A stretch of 59,807 bases of DNA, counting the filler. It is 4 parts of 4 records of this genome, joined end to end, with 100 filler letters (N's around TTAATTAATTAA, not from the genome) between each part and the next. Parts side by side here need not be neighbours in the genome. Positions count along the whole stretch, not along the records: positions 1 to 26,348 come from DRR723986_2420; 3 more parts are not named here. One strand, given 5' to 3'. The position numbers and the translations under genes are program-made. Below the pieces are notes generated by a model. The model was not told the DNA's origin. It saw only the letters and a list, made by a program, of their open reading frames with translations, and made no database searches. Below, one piece after another: positions 1-10,787 of this stretch; the first letter of the stretch is position 1; every line of letters begins with the position of its first letter.

Positions 1-1
1 A

Positions 2-2875
2 TCCACGCTGAACCTGCCCAAGACCGATTTCCCAATGCGCGCTGGCTTGCCCAAGCGCGAGCCTGAGTGGCTGGCCCGTTGGGAAAAGATCGGTGTCTAT
101 GACCGCTTGCGCGAGAAAAAGGGGCGGACACCCTTTACCCTGCATGATGGCCCCCCCTATGCGAACGGTCACCTGCACATCGGTCACGCGCTGAACAAGA
201 CCATCAAAGACATGATCGTACGCTCCCATCAGATGATGGGTCATGATGCGCGCTATGTGCCGGGTTGGGATTGCCACGGTCTGCCGATCGAGTGGAAGAT
301 CGAAGAGCAGTATCGCAAAAAGGGCAAGAACAAGGACGACGTTGATGTCGTCGATTTCCGTCAGGAATGCCGCAAGTTCGCCGAGGGTTGGGTGGATATC
401 CAGCGTGAGGAATTCAAGCGTTTGGGCATCACCGGCAACTGGGCTGATCCCTATCTGACTATGGCGTATCACGCCGAGGCGGTGATCGCTGGTGAATTCC
501 AGAAATTCTTGATGAATGGCACGCTGTATCAGGGGTCGAAGCCTGTGATGTGGTCGCCAGTGGAAAAAACCGCGTTGGCCGAGGCCGAGATCGAGTATCA
601 CGATCACAAATCGCACACGATCTGGGTTCCGTTTGCGTTCCAGAATGCTGAGGGTGATCTGGCCGAGGCGCGTGTTGTAATCTGGACCACCACACCTTGG
701 ACGATCCCGTCGAACAAGGCGGTCGCCTATAACAACAAGGTGGCCTATGGCCTGTATCGTGTAGACGCGACCGAGGAAGAAAGCTGGACCAATCCCGGCG
801 AGCTGTATCTGTTTGCGGATACGCTTGCGGCGGATGCGCTGGGTAAATCACGTGTCACCGAATACACCAAAGTTCGTGATGTACAGGCGGCTGAATTTGA
901 TCGCCTGATCTGTAAGCACCCGTTCAATGGGGCAGATGGGGCCGAGGGTTATTGGGACTATGATGTTCCGATGATCGATGGCGATCATGTGACCGATGAT
1001 GCGGGTACAGGATTTGTACACACCGCACCCAGCCACGGTGCCGACGACTATGAAGCCTTTGTCGCGCGCAACTGGATCGACCGGATGACCCACAACGTGG
1101 GCGAAGAATCCGAGTTCCTGCCGCATGTGCCGTTCTTTGCTGGTCTGCAAGTTTTTGACCGCAAGGGCAAAGAGGGCAAAGCCAACAACGCTGTGATCGC
1201 CAAGCTGGTCGAAGCCGGTGGCATCATCGCGCGTGGTCGTGTGACCCACAGCTATCCGCATTCGTGGCGCTCTAAGGCGCCCATCGTGTTCCGCAACACG
1301 CCACAGTGGTTTGCATCAGTGGACCGCGCGGTGGGCGACGGGCAGGACGCATACGGCAAGACCATCCGCGACCGGGCGCTGACCTCGATCGACGAGCTGG
1401 TGAAATGGACCCCTGCGAACGGTCGCAACCGTCTGCATTCGATGATCGAAGCGCGCCCGGATTGGGTTCTGTCCCGCCAGCGCGCCTGGGGTGTGCCGCT
1501 GACCTGTTTCATCAAAAAGGGTGCCTTGCCCACTGATCCTGATTTCCTGCTGCGCGATGATGCGATCAATGCCCGTATCGTTGATGCGTTCGAGGTTGAA
1601 GGCGCGGATGCGTGGTATGTCGACGGGGCCAAGGAACGGTTTATCGGCGACGCTGCAAGCCCGGATGAGTATGAACAGGTGTTCGATGTTCTGGATGTGT
1701 GGTTCGACTCTGGATCAACGCACGCCTTTGTTTTGCGGGACCGCGAAGATGGCACCGAGGATGGCATCGCTGACGTCTATATGGAAGGCACCGACCAACA
1801 CCGGGGCTGGTTCCATTCGTCCCTGTTGCAGGCCTGTGGCACCAAAGGTCGTGCGCCTTACCGCAATGTTGTGACGCATGGCTTTACGCTGGATGCCAAG
1901 GGCATGAAGATGTCCAAATCGCTGGGCAATACAATCGTTCCGGAAACGGTCATCAAACAGTACGGTGCGGACATTCTGCGCCTGTGGGTGGCACAAACCG
2001 ATTACACCAACGACCAACGGATCGGCCCTGAGATCCTGAAAGGGACCGCCGACAGCTATCGCCGTCTGCGCAACACTATGCGGTTCATCTTGGGCTCGCT
2101 GGCGGACTTTGACGAAGCGGACCGGGTTGAAAACGTCGAGGACATGCTGCCGTTGGAGCGCTGGGTGCTGAGCCGCTTGGCGGAATTGGACGAGGTCGTG
2201 CGCGAAGGCTACGCCAAGTTCGATTTCCAAGGCGTGTTTTCGGCCGTGTTCAACTTTGCCACTGTCGATCTGTCGTCGTTCTACTTCGATATCCGCAAGG
2301 ACGTGTTGTACTGCGATGGCGACAGTGACCGTCGCCGTGCGGCGCGGACCGTTCTGGACATACTGTTCCACCGTCTGACCACATGGTTGGCACCGGTTCT
2401 GGTGTTCACCATGGAAGAGGTCTGGCTGGAGCGGTTCCCGGGCGAGGATAGCTCGGTCCATATGATCGATTTCCCGGAAACGCCGGCCAGCTGGCGCAAC
2501 CTGCAGAACGAAGAAAACGTCGCCAAAGTGCGCCGTGTTCGTCGGGTTGTGACGGCGGCGTTGGAATTGCAGCGTCGGGAAAAGGTCATCGGGTCCAGCC
2601 TTGAGGCGGCCCCGGTTGTGCATGTGGAAGACGAAGAAACCCGTCGCTTGATGGCGCAGGTCGATATGGACGACGTCTGCATCACCTCGGGTCTGACGAT
2701 CAGCGCCGACCCTGCCCCTGCCGAAGCGTTCCGCCTGCCGGAAACGGACGGCGTTGGCGTGGTCTTTGAAATGGCAGAAGGTGAAAAATGCCAGCGTTGC
2801 TGGAAGATCCTGCCTGATGTTGGCAAACACGCGCACGCTGGAACCTGTGGCCGGTGCAGCGACGCGCTGGGTTAA
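2..2875 (+). CDS. ileS: Isoleucine--tRNA ligase (5'-truncated by window edge)
   Basis: Frame is open from base 2 (STLNLPKTDFPM). Contains HDGPPYANGHLHIGH (HIGH), WVLSRQRAWGVP, KMSKS and a C-terminal zinc finger CQRCW...CGRC. Confidence 0.98.
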   Translation, partial: STLNLPKTDFPMRAGLPKREPEWLARWEKIGVYDRLREKKGRTPFTLHDGPPYANGHLHIGHALNKTIKDMIVRSHQMMGHDARYVPGWDCHGLPIEWKIEEQYRKKGKNKDDVDVVDFRQECRKFAEGWVDIQREEFKRLGITGNWADPYLTMAYHAEAVIAGEFQKFLMNGTLYQGSKPVMWSPVEKTALAEAEIEYHDHKSHTIWVPFAFQNAEGDLAEARVVIWTTTPWTIPSNKAVAYNNKVAYGLYRVDATEEESWTNPGELYLFADTLAADALGKSRVTEYTKVRDVQAAEFDRLICKHPFNGADGAEGYWDYDVPMIDGDHVTDDAGTGFVHTAPSHGADDYEAFVARNWIDRMTHNVGEESEFLPHVPFFAGLQVFDRKGKEGKANNAVIAKLVEAGGIIARGRVTHSYPHSWRSKAPIVFRNTPQWFASVDRAVGDGQDAYGKTIRDRALTSIDELVKWTPANGRNRLHSMIEARPDWVLSRQRAWGVPLTCFIKKGALPTDPDFLLRDDAINARIVDAFEVEGADAWYVDGAKERFIGDAASPDEYEQVFDVLDVWFDSGSTHAFVLRDREDGTEDGIADVYMEGTDQHRGWFHSSLLQACGTKGRAPYRNVVTHGFTLDAKGMKMSKSLGNTIVPETVIKQYGADILRLWVAQTDYTNDQRIGPEILKGTADSYRRLRNTMRFILGSLADFDEADRVENVEDMLPLERWVLSRLAELDEVVREGYAKFDFQGVFSAVFNFATVDLSSFYFDIRKDVLYCDGDSDRRRAARTVLDILFHRLTTWLAPVLVFTMEEVWLERFPGEDSSVHMIDFPETPASWRNLQNEENVAKVRRVRRVVTAALELQRREKVIGSSLEAAPVVHVEDEETRRLMAQVDMDDVCITSGLTISADPAPAEAFRLPETDGVGVVFEMAEGEKCQRCWKILPDVGKHAHAGTCGRCSDALG

Positions 2876-2896
2876 ATCCTTGCACATGAAAAACGC

Positions 2897-2929
2897 GGGC
2901 CTCTTCCAGAGATGGGAGGGGCCTTTTTT
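2897..2929 (+). terminator. Intrinsic terminator after ileS
   Basis: GGCCTCTTCCA-gaga-TGGGAGGGGCC stem with G-U pairs, followed by T6, about 20 nt after the stop codon. Confidence 0.75.
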
Positions 2930-3004
2930 GTTTACGGACCCGAAACATGCGGAAAACGTGTCGGGGGCCTTGTGGGATGGCACCAGATCTGAGAGCGTTT
3001 GAAG

Positions 3005-3460
3005 ATGGCTATGATTACAGTTGATACTCAGTTCGGGCGGCTTGGCATTCTGGAAGAGGATGGCGCCATAACCAAACTTGTTTGGGATGGTGAGGACGAT
3101 GATCCCACGTCGGCGCTGTTGCAGGAAGCGGCGGCGCAGCTGAGGGCTTATGATGTCGGCAAGTTAGAGGATTTTGATCTGCCGCTTAGGGTCGAGGGAT
3201 CAGACATGCAAAAGGCCGTGTGTACGGCCATGTCGGCGATTCCGTTTGGCTATACACGCACTTATGGCGAACTGGCCAAGGAATTGGGGTATTCGGCGCA
3301 ATCCGTGGGGCAGGGGTGCGGTGGCAATCCTATCCCGGTGATTATTCCCTGCCATCGGGTGATGGGGGCTAAGGGGTTAACAGGCTTTTCCGGTAAGGGC
3401 GGCGTTGAAACCAAGGTTGCATTGCTGCGCCATGAAGGGGCCGCAGGCCTGTTGATCTGA
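3005..3460 (+). CDS. ogt: Methylated-DNA--protein-cysteine methyltransferase
   Basis: IPFGYTRTYGELA and the active-site PCHRV motif. ATG at 3005 preferred over TTG at 2999. Confidence 0.93.
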   Translation: MAMITVDTQFGRLGILEEDGAITKLVWDGEDDDPTSALLQEAAAQLRAYDVGKLEDFDLPLRVEGSDMQKAVCTAMSAIPFGYTRTYGELAKELGYSAQSVGQGCGGNPIPVIIPCHRVMGAKGLTGFSGKGGVETKVALLRHEGAAGLLI

Positions 3461-3526
3461 GGCAGATCAAGGCGGGACGGGCGGAACTGAGACAGAGTCT
3501 GAAACAGAATTTGCAAGGAGAACCAA

Positions 3527-3985
3527 ATGTCTGACCGTGCAGCGTTAAAGAAGTCTGTCCATGATCGTCTGATGTCGTTGGAAGAGGCCGAGTTGGCGAC
3601 AGCCATCGCGCATTACGAGGCATTCCTTGAGAACTCTCAATTGGATGCGCGCGAAGTGCGTGACAAGGATGATATCGTGGCGTCGCGCGAAAATGCGGAT
3701 CTGGCGGCTGCATTTGATACGCCGGTACAAACCCACCACGCTAAGATTGATGCGATTGAAAACACAGATTTTTCTTTGATGGATGTCGTGGGTCCGGGGG
3801 CCGTCGTGATGTTCAGCGATCGGCGGTTCATTGTCTGTGTTTCAACCACCCGATTTGAGGTCGAGGGGATTATCTATATGGGTATTTCTACCCAAAGCCC
3901 GATCTATCGCGCAATGGCGGGGCTGAAAGCGGGCGAAAGCTTTGACCTCAACGGGCGTGAGCTTGAAATACAGGACGTGCTTTAG
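3527..3985 (+). CDS. GreA/GreB-like protein (Gre C-terminal domain homologue)
   Basis: RBS AAGGAG; helical N-terminal half; C-terminal VGPGAVV...ISTQSPIYRAMAGLKAGE resembles the Gre-factor C-domain. Confidence 0.6.
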   Translation: MSDRAALKKSVHDRLMSLEEAELATAIAHYEAFLENSQLDAREVRDKDDIVASRENADLAAAFDTPVQTHHAKIDAIENTDFSLMDVVGPGAVVMFSDRRFIVCVSTTRFEVEGIIYMGISTQSPIYRAMAGLKAGESFDLNGRELEIQDVL

Positions 3986-4677
3986 GCCGCGCGTTCTGGG
4001 ATCACCTGTTGGGCGATCCCGGCAAACAACAGGTAAACGCTGGTCACGATCAATCCCCAGTGGGCCCAGCTTTCCGGGTGGAAATCAACCCAAGCGGCCC
4101 ATCCTGCGAAAAATGTCCACGCCAGCGCAATGGGCAGCGACACGTTGCGCCACCGTTCGGTGCGGACGGGGTGGATGAATTTCAGCGGCAGGAACATCGA
4201 AATCGCGACAACGGTCACCAATACAAAGCTGACCCAGAAATTTGGCTCTAACGCGAAAATCACCAGCACAACCATGTTCCAGCATCCGGGGAAGCCGGCA
4301 AAGGAATTGTCTTTGGTTTTCATGCGCGTATCGGCGAAATACATCGCACTGGCAAAGGTGATGACGATGATCGAGACCCATCCGGTCCAGCCATCCATCA
4401 GGCCCGACTTGAACAGGGCAAAGGCGGGGATGAAGACATAGGTCAGATAATCGATAATCAGATCCAGCAGGACGCCATCAAATTCGGGCGCGTTGGTTTT
4501 GACATCGTATTTGCGGGCTAGCGGACCATCGATTCCATCTACGAAAAACGCAACAACAAGCCAGACGAACATCAGGCTCCAATTGGCATCAACAGCGGCC
4601 AGCATTGCCAGCATGGCAAAGACGGCACCGGTGGCGGTGAGGAGATGGACGGAGAGGGCGCGGATCTGAGGTGTCAT
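3982..4677 (-). CDS. pcs: Phosphatidylcholine synthase (CDP-alcohol phosphatidyltransferase family)
   Basis: VHLLTATGA and DGIDGPLARK...DGVLLDLIIDY CDP-alcohol phosphotransferase motif; multi-TM. Start reassigned to ATG 4677 (MTPQIR). Confidence 0.88.
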   Translation of the reverse strand: MTPQIRALSVHLLTATGAVFAMLAMLAAVDANWSLMFVWLVVAFFVDGIDGPLARKYDVKTNAPEFDGVLLDLIIDYLTYVFIPAFALFKSGLMDGWTGWVSIIVITFASAMYFADTRMKTKDNSFAGFPGCWNMVVLVIFALEPNFWVSFVLVTVVAISMFLPLKFIHPVRTERWRNVSLPIALAWTFFAGWAAWVDFHPESWAHWGLIVTSVYLLFAGIAQQVIPERAA

Positions 4678-4772
4678 GGGCTTGTATTGACCGAAAATGA
4701 AGCGAAGCGCAAACTGTTGATGGGCGGAATTACGTCCAGCGGCGATGAAACGCTGCGGCCAGTTTTTGAAAT

Positions 4773-5693
4773 TTAAGCCTTGGGGTGGCTGCGATTGTAA
4801 ACAGCCATCAGGTGGGCGGTGTCGACGGCTGTATAGGCTTGGGTTGTTGAAAGAGAGGCGTGCCCCAGTAATTCCTGAATAGCGCGCAGATCGCCACCTG
4901 CGGTCAAGAGGTGCGTTGCAAAGCTGTGGCGCATTGCGTGTGGGGTCGCGGTCGCGGGCAGGCCAAGTTGCATGCGCGCTTTTGCCATGGCGGTTTGGAT
5001 GGCGCGTGGGTTCAACGCGCCGCCTCGGACGCCCCGGAACAGGGGGGCATCGGGGGATTGGGCGTGCGGGCACAGTTTGAGGTATGTGTCGACTGCGTCG
5101 CGAGCGGCTGGGATGACCGGGACAATGCGTTCTTTGCCGCCTTTGCCTAAGATTCGGAGGGTCGCGCCAAGCGGCGTGACAGAGCCGGTGAGAGAGAGCG
5201 CCTCGGATATCCGCAGGCCGCAGCCATACAACAGGGTCACCACGGCGGCGTCACGCGCGGCAACCCAGTTTGAGAGCGATTGCAGTTCGACAGTTTCGAT
5301 CATGTCGCGCGCGGCCTCCTCGGCCAGCGGGCGGGGCAGCTTTTTCTGAAACTTGGGGGACCGCGTGGACAAAACGGCGGTGGGTTCGAACCCTTCCCGG
5401 TCAGCCAGCCAGCGATAAAACCCTTTGACGGCTGAGAGTTTGCGCGCAAGGGAGCGGGCGCCGACCCCGCCATTTCGCGACTGGGCCATCCACGCCCGCA
5501 TGTCGGACACGGTGATTTTGGCCAATGCAGCCAGTCCTTGGGATTGGCCGTGGTGCAGGGTCATGAAGGAGAGGAATTCGGTCACGTCGCCCTGATAGGC
5601 GGTCAATGTGTTTTCTGCGCGTCCGGCCAGCGATTTTTCACGCTCTAACCAACCTTGAAGTGCATCCCGGCAGGCTGGTGAGATCAGTGTCAT
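4773..5693 (-). CDS. xerC: Tyrosine recombinase XerC
   Basis: LYGCGLRISE, GKGGKER, HAMRHSFATHLL, LLGHASLSTTQAY catalytic residues; lies downstream of DUF484 as is usual for xerC. Confidence 0.93.
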   Translation of the reverse strand: MTLISPACRDALQGWLEREKSLAGRAENTLTAYQGDVTEFLSFMTLHHGQSQGLAALAKITVSDMRAWMAQSRNGGVGARSLARKLSAVKGFYRWLADREGFEPTAVLSTRSPKFQKKLPRPLAEEAARDMIETVELQSLSNWVAARDAAVVTLLYGCGLRISEALSLTGSVTPLGATLRILGKGGKERIVPVIPAARDAVDTYLKLCPHAQSPDAPLFRGVRGGALNPRAIQTAMAKARMQLGLPATATPHAMRHSFATHLLTAGGDLRAIQELLGHASLSTTQAYTAVDTAHLMAVYNRSHPKA

Positions 5694-6397
5694 GACAGCC
5701 AGTGGCGCATGGAGCGTTCAAAGACGCTGGCAAAAAAGGCCAAAAGGTCGGTGCCCTGCTGGGGCGTGAATTGATGGGGATCTTCGGCGCCCATGGCCAA
5801 CATGCCGGGCAAGCGGCCGTTGCCGAAATCGAGTTTCAGGCAGGCCTCGGAGCGGATCCAATCGGCGCGGTTGCCGTATACTTGGTCTGAGGCTTGTTGC
5901 AATTGGCGTAGCGTGACCTGCCGTGAAGGGGTGCCGCGTCCATAAGTCAGGTAGCTGTCGATAAAGCCGGGTTCTGCCACGCTGAGCACATCGCCGAGGC
6001 GCTGCACGCTGGGGTCGTTGTCGTTTTGAACCGATTCCAGAACCAGAGTAATGGCATCGACGCGCAGGATTTCAGCCACTTCGCCACCCAGATCGCGCAG
6101 AAAGTGTTCGAATTCCATCGGGTCCAGCATGCGCAGAATCGCGCGGTGCACTTGATTGGTGCCGGCCAGGTTTTCATAGGCGGCGGCAATCACCGAACGA
6201 TGGGTATCTTCGAGCCGGTCTAGACGCGCCTCGAGTCGTTCCATCGCGATCCCACGCAGATCGACAATGTTGCCACCCATCGCGCGTTCGTTGGCTGCGA
6301 CCAGCGCATGCATAAGGTCCTGATCGTCCAGAATGGCGTCAGGTTTGGCAATAATCGTGTCACGCAGTGACGGGTCGAGTTTCGGGCTGCTGCTCAT
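5690..6397 (-). CDS. DUF484 family protein (YigA-like)
   Basis: GNIVDLRG, F-x-P-x-QGTDLLAF tail; 4-nt overlap with xerC. Confidence 0.85.
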   Translation of the reverse strand: MSSSPKLDPSLRDTIIAKPDAILDDQDLMHALVAANERAMGGNIVDLRGIAMERLEARLDRLEDTHRSVIAAAYENLAGTNQVHRAILRMLDPMEFEHFLRDLGGEVAEILRVDAITLVLESVQNDNDPSVQRLGDVLSVAEPGFIDSYLTYGRGTPSRQVTLRQLQQASDQVYGNRADWIRSEACLKLDFGNGRLPGMLAMGAEDPHQFTPQQGTDLLAFFASVFERSMRHWLS

Positions 6398-6499
6398 TCC
6401 GGCCTCGTTATCTATTGGGCGTGTTTATAACATGACTTTGTGGTTTTGCCTGTCGAAAATCAGGGCAGTGGGTAAAAATTGTCCTAATTTTGCAAAGTT

Positions 6500-6633
6500 C
6501 CGCCGGTGAGGGAGGGGCTCCCGCCGGTGCGGACCTGATCAGAGATCAGGTTCCTCCTGTTGGGCGTGGCCCCGAACCCGGTGGGTTCGGGGCTGTATCG
6601 TGATAGTTCCAAGGGCATCGAAACAGCCCTTGG
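6500..6633. repeat. Multi-hairpin intergenic element (REP/MITE-like)
   Basis: Hairpins ACCTGATC-aga-GATCAGGT (6533-6551), GCCCCGAACCC-ggt-GGGTTCGGGGC (6569-6593) and CCAAGGGC-N9-GCCCTTGG (6609-6633); direct repeat CCGCCGGTG at 6500 and 6521. Confidence 0.55.
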
Positions 6634-6641
6634 TCATAGTA

Positions 6642-7295
6642 TTAGAGGATTTTGATGTCTGCGGCTTTGATGTCCGCCAGGAATGTTTCCAGACCTTTGT
6701 CGGTCAAGGGATGGTTCACCATCGCTTTGATCACGCCGGGAGGGGCGGTGATGACATCGGCACCAATCCGCGCAGAATCCAGGATGTGGTTCACCGAGCG
6801 GATCGACGCGGCGAGGATCTGAGTCTCAAACCCGTAGTTGTCATAGACGTTACGGATGTCTTCGATCAGCTCCATGCCGTCGAGGTTAATATCATCCAAA
6901 CGCCCGATGAAAGGAGAGATGAATGTCGCGCCAGCTTTGGCGGCCAGCAGCGCCTGATTGGCGGAGAAGCACAGGGTCACGTTGACCATGTGGCCGTCAT
7001 CGGTCAGGGTTTTACAGGCTTTTAGGCCATCCCAAGTCAGGGGGACTTTGACCGCGATGTTTTCAGCGATCTCAACCAGTTTGCGGCCTTCGGCGATCAT
7101 TGTGTCAGCGTCTACGGCTGTCACTTCGGCGGATACGGGGCCGTCGACCAGATCACAGATCTCTTTCGTGACATCGATGATGTCACGGCCAGATTTTTTG
7201 ATGATCGAGGGGTTGGTGGTTACACCGTCGACCATGCCCAGATCATTCAGCTCGGCAATGGCGTCGATGTCAGCGGTATCAACGAAGAATTTCAT
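6642..7295 (-). CDS. fsa: Transaldolase / fructose-6-phosphate aldolase (short type, 217 aa)
   Basis: [20 protein letters not shown] Schiff-base Lys, [16 protein letters not shown]. Start reassigned to ATG 7295. Confidence 0.92.
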   Translation of the reverse strand: MKFFVDTADIDAIAELNDLGMVDGVTTNPSIIKKSGRDIIDVTKEICDLVDGPVSAEVTAVDADTMIAEGRKLVEIAENIAVKVPLTWDGLKACKTLTDDGHMVNVTLCFSANQALLAAKAGATFISPFIGRLDDINLDGMELIEDIRNVYDNYGFETQILAASIRSVNHILDSARIGADVITAPPGVIKAMVNHPLTDKGLETFLADIKAADIKIL

Positions 7296-7385
7296 GGGGC
7301 AGTCCTTTGATGGGTTGGCCTCTGTCTCGCTTGCCTTTACCTCATGAGGTGTTCCTCTGAAACCCCTCTGCGTGAAAGGTGATCT

Positions 7386-9581
7386 GTGCACGGACCTGAT
7401 TTCTTTGAACAGGGTGACTTGGTCGGTGTTCTCACGGCCCAACCTTTGGATCGCATGTTGGATTATAAAGCGCCTGAAGGCGGGTGTTTTCGGGGCGCTT
7501 TTGTTGAGGTGCCATTAGGGCCGCGCAAGGTTTTGGGCGTGGTTTGGGGGCCGGGCCAAGGGGATTTTGATTATTCCAAGGTGCGCAGTGTGATCCGCGT
7601 GCTGGATGTCGCGCCAATGCGCGATGAGATGCGCATGTTCTTGCGGCGTGCGGCGGATTACACGTTGACGCCGATGTCGGCGATGTTGCGATTGGCAACA
7701 CGTGCGCCGGGGTTGGGCGATCCGCAATCCATGCGTAAGATTTATCGCCTGGGTACGGGTGAGCCCGAGCGGAAAACCGACGCCCGTACCCGTGTTCTGT
7801 CGGTGTTGCGAGACTATGGCGGATTAGCGTTCACGCTGAAGGAGTTGGCGGCAGCGGCGGACGTCACATCGTCTGTTGTCAAAGGGTTGGTAAAGCAGGG
7901 GGTGGTGCGCGAAGAGGACAGCCCCCGCGATTTGCCGTTTCCCAAGTTGGACCCAGAGCTGCCCAGTAAGGTGCTGACCGAAGATCAGGAACGAGCCGCA
8001 ACGATGATGCGGGCGGCGTTGCAGTCCGGGAAATATGGCACGGCTTTGTTAAAGGGCGTGACCGGGTCGGGTAAGACCGAGGTCTATCTGGAAGCGGTTG
8101 CAGAGGCGCTGCGTCTTGGACGGCAAGCGTTGGTCCTGTTGCCCGAAATTGCGTTGACGGCTGAATTTTTGAATCGGGTCGAGGTGCGCTTTGGCGCCCG
8201 TCCTGCCGAATGGCATTCCGGTGCCACCATGACGGAACGCCGCCGCATTTGGCGGATGGTGGGGCAGGGGGACGCACAGCTTGTGGTCGGGGCCCGGTCC
8301 GCACTGTTCCTGCCGTTTCGGGATTTGGGTCTGATTATCGTCGATGAAGAACACGACACCTCGTACAAACAAGAAGACGGTGTTTTGTACAATGCGCGCG
8401 ATATGGCCGTTTTGCGGGCTGCGATGTGCAGTGCGCGGGTGATTTTGGCCAGCGCCACGCCATCGCTGGAAAGTTGGGCGAATGCGGATGCGGGCAAATA
8501 TGACCGGATCGAGTTGAAATCGCGCTTTGGCGTTTCGGTTCTGCCTGAGATGAAGGCAATCGACATGCGTGCAGAGCAGATGCCGTCGGGGACTTGGATT
8601 TCTCCGTCGTTGCGCCGCGCGGTGGAAGATCGGCGCGCCAAGGGGGAACAGTCGTTGCTGTTCATCAACCGGCGTGGGTATGCGCCGATTACCCTATGTC
8701 GGGCGTGTGGGCAGCAGATTGCTTGTGATCATTGTGATGCGCGGATGGTTGAACATCGGTTCCTGAAGCGGTTGATGTGCCACCAATGTGGCGAGACAAA
8801 ACCGATGCCAGAGGCGTGCCCGTCGTGCGGAGTCGAGGGTAAGTTGGCGGCTGTTGGGCCGGGGATTGAACGATTGGCCGAAGAGGCAGAGGCGGCATTT
8901 CCTGATGCGACGATCGTGACGCTCAGTTCGGATATGTTTGGATCGGCGCGCGCGTTGAAGGCGAAGATCGAAGAGATCGCTGAGGGCGATGCGGATATTG
9001 TGATCGGTACGCAGCTGGTTGCAAAGGGTCACAATTTCCCGAACCTTACGTTGGTGGGGGTGATTGATGCGGATCTGGGGTTGCAGGGGTCTGATCTGCG
9101 CGCGGCAGAGCGAACATTTCAGTTGATGCGTCAGGTGGCTGGGCGAGCGGGACGGGCGGAAAAGCCCGGTCAGGCGCTGTTGCAGACGTTCCAGCCCGAG
9201 CATCCCGTGATCCGGGCGATTTTGTCCGGAGACGAGGACGGGTTCTGGGAGGCCGAGGCACGGGAACGGCGCGGGGCAGGCGTGCCGCCTTATGGGCGTA
9301 TGGCAGGGATCATTCTGTCAGGGCCTGATGTTGCGGCTGTGTTCGAGCTGGGAAATGTGCTGGCGCGCAATGTTGGCCCGCTGCGCGCGATTGGGGCGCA
9401 GGTATACGGCCCAGCCCCGGCACCGATTGCACGTGTTCGAGGGCGACACCGGGTGCGGATGTTGATCAAAGCGGAAAAAGGGGCGCCGTTGCAGGATGCC
9501 ATTTCACGCTGGATTGCGCCACTGCGTTTGAAGGGTGATCTGCGGTTGAGTGTCGATATCGACCCGCAGAGCTTTTACTAG
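7386..9581 (+). CDS. priA: Primosomal protein N' (replication restart helicase)
   Basis: [11 protein letters not shown] Walker A, DEEH, four CxxC zinc motifs, [13 protein letters not shown] end. Confidence 0.97.
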   Translation: MHGPDFFEQGDLVGVLTAQPLDRMLDYKAPEGGCFRGAFVEVPLGPRKVLGVVWGPGQGDFDYSKVRSVIRVLDVAPMRDEMRMFLRRAADYTLTPMSAMLRLATRAPGLGDPQSMRKIYRLGTGEPERKTDARTRVLSVLRDYGGLAFTLKELAAAADVTSSVVKGLVKQGVVREEDSPRDLPFPKLDPELPSKVLTEDQERAATMMRAALQSGKYGTALLKGVTGSGKTEVYLEAVAEALRLGRQALVLLPEIALTAEFLNRVEVRFGARPAEWHSGATMTERRRIWRMVGQGDAQLVVGARSALFLPFRDLGLIIVDEEHDTSYKQEDGVLYNARDMAVLRAAMCSARVILASATPSLESWANADAGKYDRIELKSRFGVSVLPEMKAIDMRAEQMPSGTWISPSLRRAVEDRRAKGEQSLLFINRRGYAPITLCRACGQQIACDHCDARMVEHRFLKRLMCHQCGETKPMPEACPSCGVEGKLAAVGPGIERLAEEAEAAFPDATIVTLSSDMFGSARALKAKIEEIAEGDADIVIGTQLVAKGHNFPNLTLVGVIDADLGLQGSDLRAAERTFQLMRQVAGRAGRAEKPGQALLQTFQPEHPVIRAILSGDEDGFWEAEARERRGAGVPPYGRMAGIILSGPDVAAVFELGNVLARNVGPLRAIGAQVYGPAPAPIARVRGRHRVRMLIKAEKGAPLQDAISRWIAPLRLKGDLRLSVDIDPQSFY

Positions 9582-9595
9582 GCCCTGCATGTGGT

Positions 9596-10657
9596 CTAGG
9601 CGGTGATTGCGCCTGCTCTTTGATCCACAAGGTAGTCGGTCAGCATTGCACCGACCCACATAAAGAACAGGGCGGCCCAAGCAGTGCCGACAAAAATCGA
9701 CCCTCCGGTTACGCCAGCACCGATGGCGCAGCCGCCGGCCAACATGCCGCCAAAGCCCATCAAAGCGGCCCCGATCATGGCTTTGCGCATGGTGACGGTG
9801 TCGTCAAAGGCCTGTAGTTTTAACTCTTTGGCCCACGCGGCGGCGATCAGGGCACCTAGGAACACACCTGGGACCAGGCCGACATCGAATTCCAGTATGG
9901 CGTTGCGATCAAGAAAGAACATCAGGGTATGGGCCGACGGGCCGGTGAATGTGGCGCTTTCGATTTGAACCGGGTCAAAGGCCACTTGGCTGAGGGAGTA
10001 GGTCAGAACCCAGCCCATCGCGACGGCAAATCCAACGCCTGAGGCGAAGATCAAACGGGATGCCCCGATTTCATTTCGGCGCGACAGGATCAGGGCCAAA
10101 ATCGCAATCAGAACGCCAATAATCAATCCGCTGTAATTGGGCAGGCCAATGGTGGCCAACAGGTCCATGTTGCGACCACCATCCGTGATCCACAGACTGG
10201 CGATGCGATCGCGAAAGGGGGAGAGGATGCCAGACAGGCTCATCTGTGCAACGACGGCAAAGATCAGCCCTGACACCACCGAGCGGAGATTTCCGGTTGC
10301 TGCCAGCACCAAGAGGCGACCAGAACAGCCGCGCGCCAAAACCATGCCTGCACCAAAGATCAGCCCGCCAACCACAGCGCCGGACCAGCTGCCGGGGACG
10401 GCCATCATGCGCGCATCTGCTGATTCCATGAGGCCGAGCAGTTGCGCGGCTTGCACCCAGACGACGGCCGTTGAAAAGGTTAGAAGCCAGACCGATACCT
10501 TGTCTTCCATCCGGCCGCGGGCGAATTCGACCGTGGCGGCGCGCAGGCAGAACCGCGACCGCTGGGCCGCAATCCCAAAGGTGAGACCTGTGAGCAGGCC
10601 AAACAAGGCCGCTGTTGGGGCCTCTCCTATGCGTTCTACCAGACTGACCAGATCCAT
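9596..10657 (-). CDS. YeeE/YedE family (sulfur-compound/thiosulfate) transporter
   Basis: QRSRFC, GMVLARGCSG and GGMLAGGCAIG Cys motifs; highly hydrophobic. Confidence 0.85.
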   Translation of the reverse strand: MDLVSLVERIGEAPTAALFGLLTGLTFGIAAQRSRFCLRAATVEFARGRMEDKVSVWLLTFSTAVVWVQAAQLLGLMESADARMMAVPGSWSGAVVGGLIFGAGMVLARGCSGRLLVLAATGNLRSVVSGLIFAVVAQMSLSGILSPFRDRIASLWITDGGRNMDLLATIGLPNYSGLIIGVLIAILALILSRRNEIGASRLIFASGVGFAVAMGWVLTYSLSQVAFDPVQIESATFTGPSAHTLMFFLDRNAILEFDVGLVPGVFLGALIAAAWAKELKLQAFDDTVTMRKAMIGAALMGFGGMLAGGCAIGAGVTGGSIFVGTAWAALFFMWVGAMLTDYLVDQRAGAITA

Positions 10658-10787
10658 AATGCGTCTCCACTTGCATTCATGGATTGCGATATATTGTTAA
10701 GTGAACTTCTCTGCATTGATGCAGATCAGATGTGCGGTGGCGCCTTTGCTCTCGCCAAGTCTGCAGAATGGGCGTAGAGCAGATCTC

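Noticed and set aside
1715-2983. 422-aa antisense ORF over ileS
   Set aside because: Shadow frame of a GC-rich conserved gene; no recognisable motifs.
4773-5693. Tyrosine recombinase as the integrase of a mobile element
   Set aside because: DUF484-xerC context and size indicate housekeeping XerC; no att sites or cargo seen.
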